A DNA stretch of 64,000 nucleotides from Tubiluchus corallicola (lineage: Eukaryota; Animalia; Priapulida), in assembly GCA_030141605.1 (NCBI GenBank), contig JAQGDQ010000307.1:1-64000 (forward strand). Direction: 5' to 3'. Made by a program: the position numbers and the translations under genes. Under the pieces are notes generated by a model, which saw nothing but the letters and a program-made list of their open reading frames with translations, searched no databases and had not been told where the DNA came from. Positions 14,449 to 60,280 of the stretch are shown piece by piece. Each line of letters starts with the position of its first letter. Position 1 is the first letter of the stretch.

Positions 14449-17400
14449 ATATATGAGTCACATGTATAGCGTTTCAAGTTTTGTGACTTGTTTCCAGCTT
14501 TTACAGTGCGCACAGCAACAACAGCAGCAGCCAAGGAAATTTCTTTTTTCTGCATCCAAGAAACTCGTAAAATTTTCCTACTGGCTCTTTAAACTTTTCT
14601 AACTGTATCCATATAAAAGAGGCAGTGCAGAAAATGTGACACTTCGCAGGCAATTGTTATTCATGTAAACTATTTAACAGAGTCAACTCCAGTGTTTGCT
14701 TGGCTACTGTACTCAAGTGTTATAAATCTATGAATTTCTTTGCTCGATTCTATTGTCGAGCAGCCGTGAATGGCGAACAAATACGTCCGAAAACCGGCAT
14801 CCAAAAATCGATTTCTAAAGAGGGTAGATTCGCCTGCCTCTGGGGCGTACAGAAGAGGTTTAACTTCTCAGATTTTTGACTGAAAACTTTTATATCAGGT
14901 CGGCATTTCATAAGGAAGTCAACATGTATCTTTCTTATAGAGAGAATGTCACAATTTACTTCAGTTTTTTCGATGATTGCGGGCTTTATACCCAATTTCC
15001 CCTTTCTTCGACTTTCTAAGGCCAAACTCAGCCAACTTCAGAAATGGGCATCGCTGAAATTTTTCAATTCTCTCAAAATCTGAATGGAGAGCAGTCTTTT
15101 CTTTTACGTGACAATGCTTTGGAATTTGCTGCCGTTCATTCTTTGTTTGCAAGAAAATCCAAGAGGCGTCTACAAATCAGTTAAACCCGTTTGTTTGTAT
15201 TTAGAACTTATGCGTAAATTTTGAACTCTGTGTTGTCTTAAAACACTTAAGAATATAATAAAGAAAGAGATATCTCTGAGATAAATTGTTCAGTTTAAGG
15301 CCGGCCAGGTGTCCAGAATCAGTTAAGTTGCTATATAAGCCAGGCGCTAATGTGAAAAGCGGATTTTTGACAACCCACATAAGTGAAAGAATGTCTGGCA
15401 AAAATTTAGTGTATTCCACCTGTCTGCATTTGACATATATATAATGAAAGTAAGTTTTAGTTCATTACCAATATAATGAAAATTGGTAATATGTTTGGTA
15501 ACGATAATAGCCTTTGCAAGAAGCTGAATAGTCAGCAATCGTGTTATTATTCCTTTTTATCCCGTTTTAAGTATCACGGGGGGGGGGTAGTGACAGTTTT
15601 TGGTCCTTTAGCTCTGGGCTTCCGAATCGGATTTTCTCTTTATAGTACGTATTTCATTTATGATTCTTAAAAGGTCGGCCAAGCACATCACGAACCTTCT
15701 CGTCAACCATGTAAGGGGTTTTAATAGTGGCTATAAGAAAGGCAGAGTCGTTTTAGATCACTCGGCCGCGCAAATACCGTTGTAGCGGTGAAAGAAATTT
15801 TACAGGGCGCACACTATAAAAAATTGTCTGCAATAACTTTTCTGACACGGAACTTGTTAGTCTACGGCCTCGATAAACACTGTTTTACCAACTTTATCGC
15901 ACACAGATTTTATTAAACGTGCTTCATTTGTCCCAGACAAAATCATTCTGCTCTTGGGCTAGGTACAAAAATTTGTATCAAACAAAGCCAGATCAGACCA
16001 TTAAAAGGCAATCGTTTTGTCACGTGTCATCCAACAATTCTTCACTTAAGATTACTCATATCACAGTTTACTTTATACAAAAGTTCCCGTTGCCGTGTGC
16101 GTGAAAAATTTATGTGAGACGGCCTGCGTCAGAGAGGTTTTTGCCATGTTCAATAGTAATGCGCATTGAGCACTGTAATGTTATTAGGCTACCATTAGCA
16201 AGTAACCAGCTGTTAATTATACTTTGAGCGTATTTTACTCTGAGTGTATTTTAGATATTGCGGTACACATACAAAAATTCTCAAGAGGAACCACTGCAAG
16301 AGACGCATTTGCAAATGTTGCAGGGAAGTTACCACCTTCATGGGTAGTCCTGTCCTATATACACTTGACCTGGATGGGCGTGCTCTGGGGAGGAGCATTA
16401 CGTCAGATCAGTGACGTGATATTAGGGGATTATTCTTTCTAGTTTTACTCTACTTGAATTTGTATGGGTGTTAAAATGACTGAAGTAAGTTACTGGTTAA
16501 TTATATTGCCATACGCTGCTAAAAAGAACTGATGTAAGCGCAAATTTGTTGTACATTAATTTTGCAAATTATTGCCGTGATAATTTAAAAAATAAAAATT
16601 TAGTTATAATGCATTAATTGTATCTACTTTGACTAATGTCTAATGCCTAATATTTTTCAGTGTGCTATGTATATTAAACATGAGATTATCGGGAAATAAA
16701 CAACGATACTTAACGCTAATACTGCGTCATTATTAATTGTAAACTACAAAACCTTATTGTATCAAATGAAGTAAAACTCCATCCAGCTTGAAATATAAAA
16801 TTAACTGTTAATTTTACTTTTGAAAATTCTGAGTCGATCGGAAAAAAGCTAAATACAAATACCAGCTTATAATTAAACCACATAAGTAAGCGTATACACA
16901 AAATGTTAAGCACTTCTCAAAGTGCCTATTATTTCTTTGCTAAACCGTTTCGTTTTCCTGCTTTCGCATTTATGAGTATTTTTTGCTTATTGCTCATAGG
17001 AATTTTATCAAATACAATAAGATTTCCAAATAAATTAAGAAAGTGTTTAGACTATTTACACTGTGTTTAGAATATAAATAGGCTGATCTTTACTACTTTT
17101 ATAAACGTCTCTATTCTAACTGAAAGTTTATTGACAGTACCACTGACAGCTGGTGCACTCTAGCGGATGATCACGTCAAACATTAATTACCTATGGACGC
17201 CGGGACGCATAGTCTGAAATGCCTTAAATGAATAAACACTTTTAGCGTTTCTAATTGACTGAAAAACTTTGTTTTATAGGGTATCTTCCTAAATTTGATG
17301 CCACTCGGTCTATTGTAAAAATTGCAACAATTATGCTTAGGATTTGATCGCAGTTTACTAAATGGCACAATTAATAAATTGCGCTTTGTATTTTCGGCAA

Positions 17401-17525
17401 AATATCGTTTATTTAGTAAGAAATTGTTGTTTTAGCTTAAGTATTTTATGGAATTCTTGCACGAACAGTTCACTTAATCTTGTTTATTTTTATTCTTATT
17501 TATTGTGACTGTATTGTTTCTAGCA

Positions 17526-17538
17526 ATCATCATCATCG

Positions 17539-17576
<38 letters not shown>

Positions 17577-17650
17577 GTCAATATCAACAACAACAACAAC
17601 AGCGTCATTGTTATCATCATCAACATTGCCATCAGCATCACTGTTATCAT
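17526..17650. repeat. (CAT)n/(CAA)n microsatellite
   Basis: Directly visible. Confidence 0.93.
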
Positions 17651-20600
17651 AATCGACGTCAGTGCCGTCATTTTTACTAAAGTAGAGAATACAAGTGTTT
17701 CTGTGCTTTCAATTAGAAGCTCCAGTAATAGATACTCTTTTTAAGCATATCTTTCCGTCTCTCCGCTAAAGCGCTCTCCATTCCCATCTCTTTTTTGCCC
17801 AGTCATCTATCAGTTCCCTGCTGGAACAATCCCCTGCTATGTGTTTTCTGATACAAACTTGCTCTGTTCTGTACCAGCTATAGGTTCCATGCTAAAGGCT
17901 TCCTTTGCTTGTCTCTTGCTATAACCTCCCTTATCTATCTCTCGCCTGCTAGAACCGCTCTCTCATCAGTCTTCCCCTCAGTCAACGCGGCTTTGAGGAT
18001 TCCAGTAATGGATACTCGTTTTCGACTCATGTGTTTGCCATTATTTACGTGCTCTAAGCCAACCAAAATAAAGCCTTGCTGTTTTCTTGTGTTGCTCACA
18101 CGGGGTGTTCACTATGTTAAGCCATCATCTTCTTAATAGATGAGGGCACACAAAACATCGTAATATAAATGCAAACTAATGTTTACTGATTCACTGCCCA
18201 ACTTTTAAATGTTCTTGTATAGCTTAGAAGGTTAGGCGTCTTAAGATGCCACGCTAGTTGATGTTCTTTTAGAGCTGCCCTGTTGGGCCCTACACGTCTG
18301 TGACTCGCTTGATAGAGGCCCTCAACGGTCCTCAGAAATTTGTCAAGAAAAAGTCGTCAAAGAGCCCCAGTAACTGACCACAATTTTAGAAGTTGGAGTG
18401 CCCTGTGCAAGAGTGTTTTAAGCGCATATTCCGCAGTACATTAATTTTTTCTTCACGTTCCCCGTGCCACTGTCTGGCCTGTCTAGATGATTACAGCTTT
18501 TTAAGAATTTCATTTGCTGAAGCTAAATAGCGGAGTGAAAACATTGAAATTAAGCTTAAAAACACAAAAAATAAACGTAAAAATATAATAAATGCAAGTA
18601 AATGTTGTCATTATGTATCTTCTTTGTGTGAAAGATTTTCAGTTAAATGTTTAACAACGAGATAATTTTCCCTCAAAGCTGGCAGACTCCCGCATACATC
18701 ATTGGCTTCGTTCAAACGAAAAGGGAGTGATCCTTAAGAGCCTCACAACTGTCAGCTCTTGAAACAGCTGCATGAATCGGATCCTTGCACAACGCATCTC
18801 TTCACCAATGAGGGCCTGTTCCAAACTATAACTAAGGGGTGTCTAAATATCATCCTGCTTTGCTTTTTAATCGCTTTTCTTTTTCGTTATTTCTACAACA
18901 TTAGTAATTGCAATTAACCTTCCTGTAAATTACCAGTTATTGCGTTGTTATCTACACAGGACGTAAAATTTCGGAGAAGCCAGGAGACACGCCTCCCCTT
19001 ACGGCCATCACTACTGCACGTGTGAGTAGTTTCACGTTTTCAGGCATGCTCCTCTATGTGTGGCACGGTAAGGCTTAGCAAATTCCTCAACATGGATTCT
19101 CAGCTCAGTGTCTTGTAAGAAGATGGTTGCCCTTTTCAGATGTGCGTGTTATGTAGTTTGGTGAAATTGAGGCCCGTATTATTTAAAATAGCATGCATGG
19201 ACTAAATATATACAAATGTGTGTGTTTTATACAAAGACAAAAATGCATATTATAGCTTTTTATTGTACTGATTACCTTCTGAGTGGAGTAGTATACTATT
19301 TGATTTCATATAAAGTTTATAAAGTTCATAATTAGCGAACTGTGGACAAGATGCTTTGGGGTAAGATATCCTGCACATTATGCATGTTATGGCATTTGCA
19401 ATATTAGATATAATCAGTCATAAAATGGTGAATTGTGGGTGTAAACTATGGCAATTGCGGTGTTATGACTTGAGACAAACACCAATAGTACCATTGGCTT
19501 CACAAATTCCCGGTTAAAGCCTCGCTAGTTATGTGTTTTGACGATGCCTATTGTTTTTGTATGGTGTTACATTCTCTTTATTTTCACATTTCACTTATGT
19601 ACTCTAATTACCATTGGTCCCATAGCATTGTAAAAACTTGTTCTTGAATTTGCCTACAGGATATGTATCGTTGTTTCTTCACGAAACTTTACTACAAATT
19701 ACGAGCGTTTTATAGTTCTAAGAATTGCAGTTTGCTATATATTAAGAGTATAATAAACTATACAAGCGTTCAGTCACTTCGCTATCAGTTTCCCTCCCCG
19801 CGTCACAAAATTATAAGACTTATAGTGTATTATAAAAATGTTCAGTCCATAAATACTTTAGTAAAACTTTATGTTTTGCGTGATACTAGATAACTTCAAA
19901 AAAATCTTTACCGTGCAAGTATAAAAAAGTCAGTGTAAGCTAGTGAATCTCTGGGCCTAGCTGTTAGTAAAATTATCAGAGCTTATAAAGCTGCCCTTGT
20001 AATACCAGTTCACAAATTCTGTTATAGAGGCAGTAGATTATCAGAAGTTAACCGATGAATGCGTGTGCAAAATAAACTGGAACTAACGCACTCGGTATGA
20101 TTTTAGCAATCAATGACATTAATTACAAATTTTATGTATAGTAGAAAGGAATCGTTTGATCTGTAAAGCAGCAGAAGACGTAATAAATCCATACATCCTT
20201 AGCCTAAATACTGATAAAATTAAAAACAGAAGGATATATTATATTATATTATAATAATATAACGAATAATACTGCTGTATAAAACAAAGTTAGAATGACA
20301 AGCTAGACTTACCATTTAACGTTTTAACGTTAACGGTTTAAATAATTTTGTATTAAATAATTATGTTTTCGTATGTTTACTTAATTAATATTAAATGAAA
20401 TGCTTATTTATTGTTTAGTTAAAAAGTAGTTGTATTTTATGCATAATATGCATGTATAAACGCCAGACTTAACTTAAAAATAACAACCGGGCAAGTAATG
20501 TGCAAAATTTGTAATTTGTGTTTAAGCTTATATTGTTTCCAGTATAGTGCCGATAATTATTAATTAAGTGTGCAAGTTCTAAAATATGCAATGTTCTTGA

Positions 20601-23600
20601 AATTTCAAGGAATAATACAAGTAGAAAATGGAACTTGGATAACTTATGAAAACGCCATAATTAGCATAGTAGTCTCTTTTCTTCAGTTTACAAATTAGTA
20701 GTCTAATTTGTATAACAGTGAGCTTTTGTCTATAGAATGTGTAATTTTCATTTTGAAATTATTTTTCTAGAACATACTTAATTTTACCACATTTATCCCC
20801 TTAAAGGCGATCAAGTAAGCATTGCTTACTGATTTTATAGAGCTGTTTCTATTTTACACGCTTTTTAACAAAATAAAGTAAAACATGCTTATAACAATGT
20901 TGCTTATTACGATTATTACTAGTACAGTATAAAATTATTACATTCAGTTAATCTTGCTCGGAGTTATAGCTTATATATGTATGCCTATCTATAACATCCG
21001 CTTAAATATTCGTGATTTTTCTTTTTAGGTTTTGTTCAGCACTTAGTAATGGCGCAAACTTCATGACCACACAGTATTTTAATTTTTTTTATTCTTGCGC
21101 AGTTTATTTATCATTATCTAAAGATTTAAGTTATACAATCGCGGAGAATTACAAAGTCAGCACTACATTATCTTGGAGTGATTTAGCAGGTTAGAATGTG
21201 CTAATTGACGAGAAGTCATCTCTTGCTACCGGTCGTAGTAAGAAACTCAAGATGTTCAAGCTCTAGATTACGCGTAAAGACAAATTAATAAAATATGTGG
21301 GCGCATAGGAAAATAAATTGCAAACAGTATGTCTAGTAGACTAGTAGCCTAAATGTTCGAAATGTGCGTGGCCATGTATTAGTCAAGAAGGAACCTTGTA
21401 TCACTATGCTACACTAATAGTATTAGATCTAATTATTGTTTCAATGTAAGTGCTCCTGTTGCAGCCGTAGGCCTAACTACCCATATCATACAATGTAATC
21501 ACAGTTACCACACAGGGCTATTAATAACAAATGTTAACAAAAAAACTCTTAGGTAAATAGGAATGTCTGCATTTAATTATTGAGAGATTTTTGCATATAT
21601 TAGGCCAAAACATTTTTTTGAAAATTGCGCACATTCAAACACTGTTTTTTATAATAAACCCAAAAAGTTTAACTTTTACAATGTTATTCGCATTATTTTG
21701 CTTTGTAATAGGAATTACTATTTTTTAAATTATTTTTTTCTAATTTTTTCAATTTTTTAATTTGTCTCAGCTGTGTTAATTTTATTTCTTTACTTTAAAT
21801 TGTAAATTATGCACTTTGAAAAACTGAATTATTCAGTGCTAATTTTTTTTTCAAATGCCTGTCTGTTTGTAAGGGGCATTATTACACGACTTAGAAGTAA
21901 ATTTTTATTTAAAAATATTACTTTTAACCTACACATTAATAATAATTTTTATTAATATTTACATTATATTCTCTTACAAATTAAATTTTGAAATTTTTTT
22001 AGTTCGACCACTGTAGAGACTAAAATTATTTTTACTTTAGCTGTGTATCGTTTGCATATTTATAAAACGAATGCATTAATTAGGACATGCATGCAGTTTA
22101 TTTCATTTTTAATATTTTATGTTTCGTCACCTATGTATTCTACGTTTTCTATGTACCTGGCCATTTAATTATTACAATTATTATACTGCAAAAGTGTACA
22201 CGTATATAATAAGTCCATACTATAGTAATATGCACCTGTACACGTTATACTATAATGTACACGTAAATACGTTTTAAAATAGTTGATACGTTCATAGAAT
22301 TAATTTCACTGTTGCTATAATAAGTTATTCAGTTTTAAACATTTAGTGAAACTGTACCATATTTGCAAAATGTTCCAAAATTATTAGTAAAAGAAATAAA
22401 TTAATAAAGTATGTTTAGGAATTCATGTTCCAAAAAAATATAATTTTGGTACTTACACATACTGCAGACTAAAATGTGGAAACTGAATTGTAAATGGTGA
22501 TACCGATCAAAACTTTAGAATTAACTCTATAGGCTCACCATTACAATGACCTGGCACTAGATTTCAGCTTTATAAAACAGACGCATGAAAATTGATTTTC
22601 CTGCGATTAGATTATTTTAGCACTCACTTAATTATACTTGCTAGTTCAAAAGCTTGCGCAATAATACAGTTTTCATTTGTTTAAACGGTACTGTAAATCT
22701 TACTGAAGCGCTAATAGCATTATAATAAAATAAAAAAAACTGGGATATCCAAATCTGGCTTTTTTGTACTTTATTTTGTGTTTCAGTGATTGGCCACATA
22801 GCTGTCCAGCAGTGACTGGCTTCTCGGGTATTACGTTCAGTTCGATTAAGTTTGAATTTTGATTGTAGTGAATTATTTGGGGATAATTTTTGCCGTTTTC
22901 ATTATTGAATAAGTATATTACCAGATACAGTCGATGGTTGAAACTAATAGCCATAAATCTCACAGTTGTGTAGTGCACAAACGAGTAAACACTCAAGTTT
23001 CTTGTTTTTGCTTTTTATGTTGTAAATTAATTTCAAGTAAATTTGCTTTGTTTTGTATGCTGAAAATACCGACATTGCATTAGAGTTATTTTAATAAAAT
23101 TAATGCAAGTCTCCCTTCGAGCTTTGAGTTGACGTGCCACAAATCTCACAAATCTGCCAGTGCGTTATTTCTGTCTGAAATATAGAGCTGTAAATTTCGG
23201 ATAGCAATTTAATTTATAAGAAAAGAGGCAAAGCATTGCTAAATGTTTTCTCAGTTTCGTGAAATACCCTTGCTTGCTGCTGTTGGCACGACTGGGGCCC
23301 GTACCCCATGGTGATGGACTGTGGAACCACAAGATTCATTGTTGGCTTCCATAACCCTTAATTGTATCAGTGCCACCTGACCTAGTGACCGATTCTGGGC
23401 GTCTTCAGCTAAACAACTAACTGCAAGTTACAAATTTCAATTAGTCCAACTGTTTTGACATAACGGGCATAATTATTTATATTTTCTAACAATTCATTAA
23501 AAGAATAAACTTGGTTTATTTGGTTTCAATGTGTATGTTGTAAAAGCTAGCCCAACTAAAACTGACCATGCACGTGAATCATTCATCACATGCAGTATCA

Positions 23601-23826
23601 GATTGTGTATTCTAGTTACTGTAAACGTCACTACCATTGAATACTGCACGGATGTTACAGCTGAATAAGCAACCCAAGAGGATGTTGCGGGCGTCAGTTA
23701 CAGTATATTCTTGTCTACTAAATGTCTGGAAGCCACTTTCTAATTGACTACGTCCGATAATACATACATCCCGCAAGCAGAGCTGTTATGGTTACTTGTG
23801 CAAAATTAATATTGAAAAACAGGAGA

Positions 23827-23830
<4 letters not shown>

Positions 23831-23895
<65 letters not shown>

Positions 23896-23926
23896 CTCCC
23901 TCCCTCTCTCTGTCTCTCTCTCTCTA

Positions 23927-23980
<54 letters not shown>

Positions 23981-24004
23981 TCTCCCTACCTCCCTCCCTC
24001 CCCC

Positions 24005-24071
<67 letters not shown>

Positions 24072-24092
24072 ATCTCTCTCTCTTTCTCTTTT

Positions 24093-24129
<37 letters not shown>

Positions 24130-24215
24130 CTCTCTCTCTTTCTCTTTTGCTCTCTCTCTCAATCTCTCTCTCTTTCTCTTTTGCTCTCTCTCTCTCTCTC
24201 CCTCTCTCTCTCTCG
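23831..24215. repeat. (CT)n polypyrimidine tract, about 385 bp
   Basis: Directly visible. Confidence 0.96.
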
Positions 24216-24457
24216 CTCGCTCACACGCTCACTCTTGTCTCCTCTCTTCCATTTGCTCACTTGAGATGAATTATATTTTTGCATGAATTTATTCTCTTAT
24301 TATAAATGTATCGCTAAATCTAGTAAAGCTAGTCAGAAGAGATGATAATTGATAAATTTTTATGTGGTGAAATATTGATTTAACCCCATCCAGTTTTTAT
24401 TAGAAGGCGCACTGTAAACTTAGTATAAAATGTTAGACTGCTGCAATCGGTGATCGT

Positions 24458-24458
24458 A

Positions 24459-24534
<76 letters not shown>

Positions 24535-24540
24535 CGACGG

Positions 24541-24584
<44 letters not shown>

Positions 24585-24630
24585 GTGGTGGTTATGATGA
24601 TGATGATGAAGATGACGACAGTGATGACGA
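24458..24630. repeat. (GAT)n microsatellite
   Basis: Directly visible. Confidence 0.95.
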
Positions 24631-26384
24631 CATGTAAGGCTCAGTGTTAACATACACACCGTATATCATGCAATTTTCCTTCTTATTTTCTGTACAAGAT
24701 GACAACAGGTTTCAAAACATTCAGTTAACCAGTTTTAATTAAATACTGGTTAATTCAATATCAGTATTTAATATTTAATAATCAGTATAATTAATCGTTT
24801 TCCTAATCGAACTAGTTTGACTTGACTTTGTTCAATCACTCACTCGGCCGGGTTGCTAAAACGATATTTTACCTTTTTGCTTTTTTGGGTTTCTGCAACT
24901 AAAACAATACACTGGCGAACTTTCCAGCTGGCTTCGTAATTATCATAAACATCAAAAAAGGCTGCTTTATAAACGACTTCACCAGAATAATTTACCAGTT
25001 TTTTTTCTGCTCTAAAACTAACATTAAACCCAGAAACAGCCTTCACTGTTTTTAGGACGCAAATTTGTCACAAATGACTTTAAAATTTAGCGCTGTTTAA
25101 CTGCGAAAATTGACGTGTTTAACTCTAGCTACAACGTTTCCCTTTCGTCTTTATCAACAGCTGGTTTAGCAAGTCTTACGAATGCTGAAATTTCAGGCAG
25201 GCTAAAATAAACCTAGGGCTTTTATGTAGCTTAGATTCACTGATGGAGAAACCCGGGTTGCCATGTAAATAAACTTTGCTGTAAATAGCTCTTCTATTAC
25301 TACAAGCAAATAAATTCTCGCTTAGACTTTAGAGTATGCGAAAATGCTACGTGTTGATCAAAATAACAAAACAAACAGATTTTAGTGAAAGGCTTCTTTT
25401 GTCGAATGTTTCGTCTTTATTCACAAATAAAAATGGCATCGCTACAATTTTTAAATAAAAACTCGACAACCATTAATAAAAGACGTATACACTTAAAACA
25501 TCTTTTAAAATAGTTTTTTGGGTAGGTAGTGTTATTATAAAACCTAAAATTGCATTTTATTAACAAAGTTGTGACGTTTTATGTAGTTAAAATAATAGCC
25601 TACATACCAGAATGCATGTTAATTGTCCCTTAAGCACATCCAATGGCATGTGTCACCGCATCGTGTTATGATATGCAATAATCTATAAAAAAACTGTAAT
25701 TAATTTTATTTAAATGAGTGGCAGACAAAAAACATGTAGTGGACCAATTTTTGATCTAGAGAGCTAACAAATCAGTCGCCACTAACCACATTATGCTTTT
25801 AGTTGCTTTGGATTTTTAACATACGAAAATTTTCGATTTTATATACCACTTTGAAAATTGTTCGAATAATTAGATCTGTTTATTATATAGTTTCTGTGCA
25901 GCAAGCAAAAACATTTGCAGCTGCTAATTACAACGTTGTTTTCTTTATTACACTGTACTTGTATAAACTACGAACTGTAAATACTGTTAATGAACCACCT
26001 TGAAATCACCTTGCAGTGGTGAATTGGTGATGCAGTAAATAAATTAATTTGATCCATGTTCTCTCACAAAAGTTTGGAATTCATAGTCATATATGCGGCG
26101 TATGGTAAATAAAATATTATAGAGATATTTATGAAATAATTTCGTTGTTTTGGATTACGATTTTAATTCTTAATCTTTATGGGTGTGTTAGTGTTTATCT
26201 AGCCTGTTATATAATCTAGTTAGATTTTTTTTAGTCTGAAGACTTGCGCGTTCAGAAATAAAAATGCTTTTGGGCGCTTGGAAGTTATTTCTAAATGCTT
26301 GCTTTTGCAACCTATGTTCTGTCAGTTTTAGATTTTTTTCATTTTTTTTGTATTTCAGGTATAACTGATGTGGGAAGTCTAGCT

Positions 26385-58618
<32,234 letters not shown>

Positions 58619-59237
58619 TGTTGCTTAGTTATTTAGTGATTTGTGATCTCTGTTAAGTTATAATTGCTTATTTGTCCTTTTAAGAAAGTGTGCAATTGTG
58701 TGCTAATTTTGACTAGCCATGACATGAACACCTATCCTGTTTTCACGAAAAACCTAGTAAGCCCTATTTTGGCTAAAATTGAGTTATTAGCATCAGAATA
58801 TTCCTAGTACTATGCTGCACATTACACTAAATGACTTAATGAACTGAAGCTTATAAAAGGAGTTATTAACATATTAAAAAATCTATTAAGTACATTTTTT
58901 GCTGACATTCTCACACACATCTAGTTAAATGTACAGGAGAGTTCATTTCAGCCAATTACTAAGCAGGATGCAATTGTACAATCAGGAGCCGATGCAGGGG
59001 ACCTGCTCGACCATCTAGTAGCAATGGAGTTGCATATGTGAACCTATAAATGAATGAATTGCACCATTTTGTGCTGCTCCTGCACATCTGAAAAATTAAG
59101 CATTTATTGTGCATCCATTTCAAATTTTAAGGTAATCCATTAAACCAGTGCTTCTTGGCAAGTGAAAGCAGTTTTCCTTTTTTTCAAAAAACTAGGTGAA
59201 GTGGACTTACTAGGCATTTCCAGAAAACGGTAGACCT

Positions 59238-59243
59238 AATAAA
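59238..59243 (+). terminator. Candidate Gli polyadenylation signal AATAAA
   Basis: Hexamer about 620 nt after the stop, followed by a T/GT-rich stretch; the AT-rich background makes this weak. Confidence 0.3.
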
Positions 59244-60163
59244 AAATGTAGATGAACTTGTGATAGACTCTTTATTTGGTTTTACATGTGTTTGTTTTCT
59301 TTTGTTTACTTAATTTATTATTAGTACATCTTAAAAAAATGAGTCACTTTTATATTTTTACTCAAGTTTGAAACTAGACTTAAGCAGGCACTATGTTGTT
59401 TTGCAAACTGGCACAGTTTAGTACAAGACAAATGTTATGTCGTTTTTTAAAACGCTATTTTTCCCGTTAGAAAAGTATTTTTAGATCTCTTTTTGGTGGT
59501 TTGCTTTTTATTATTTTAGAGGATTGTGTTTGCAATGCATTTTACTTTTTTGTACAGACTTACAGTCAATGTTATATTGTTCTTACGCTTGATTTCTTGG
59601 ATTTGACTGAACATTCTTCAAAATGTAAAATTTTGTTTAGCAATTTTTGCTGTGGTGTCTTTGTGTAAATTTTGTGAAGTTAGTAGACGTTAGGAAATTG
59701 TTCATAGTAAACTTTTATTTACGTTACCTAAGCCTGTTGAAATTTGTAAATAACTGTAACTAACCCTATCGTAATTAGTAATCATGATAATATACTATGA
59801 AAAACTGAAAAGTGAATATTTGTTTTCCGCATATTTCCTATGACTACACTAGGGCAAAATTAACATACAGCCATGGTATTTAATACAGCACAGCAAGTTT
59901 ACTCATGATTTCACCTTTATTACAAAATTTTCATTTAAGTTGGACCTTATTACCTAATTGCAAAAACCAGTATGATGCATTTCACTGTAATTTCATATTT
60001 CAAAAATGTGTCAAGTTATATGTAACTACCACATATTTAAGCAAAAGTTGTAGCATATGCTGTACAGTGCACTAGAATTATAATTTTCTTATAATGCTTA
60101 GAAAACTAATTGCACATAAGAGTAGGTCTATTATACAGTAATTGATTTACAAATTAAAAAGTA

Positions 60164-60280
60164 TCACCCATTAATAAACACCGTCCTGTTCCCCAAAGGT
60201 TGCACTGGTCTGAAGTTATTGACCATCGGTACTTCTTCTTCACCAAGTTTGCTGAAAAATATCTTGCGAAAGGCCTTCAG
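60164..60280 (-). CDS. CA: Carbonic anhydrase probable last exon (LKAFRKI...[20 protein letters not shown])
   Basis: NxRPxQPLxxRxV motif followed by TGA. Confidence 0.88.
   Translation of the reverse strand: MKAFRKIFFSKLGEEEVPMVNNFRPVQPLGNRTVFING

Noticed and set aside
14750-15152. Overlapping minus-strand ORFs in a GC-richer patch
   Set aside because: No recognisable motif or splice structure; possibly a decayed TE
17750-18140. Possible minus-strand RTE-like remnant ahead of the (GAT)n tract
   Set aside because: Similarity too weak to support by eye
23788-24659. SL-repeat, poly-His and poly-Met ORFs
   Set aside because: Translations of (CT)n and (GAT)n microsatellites
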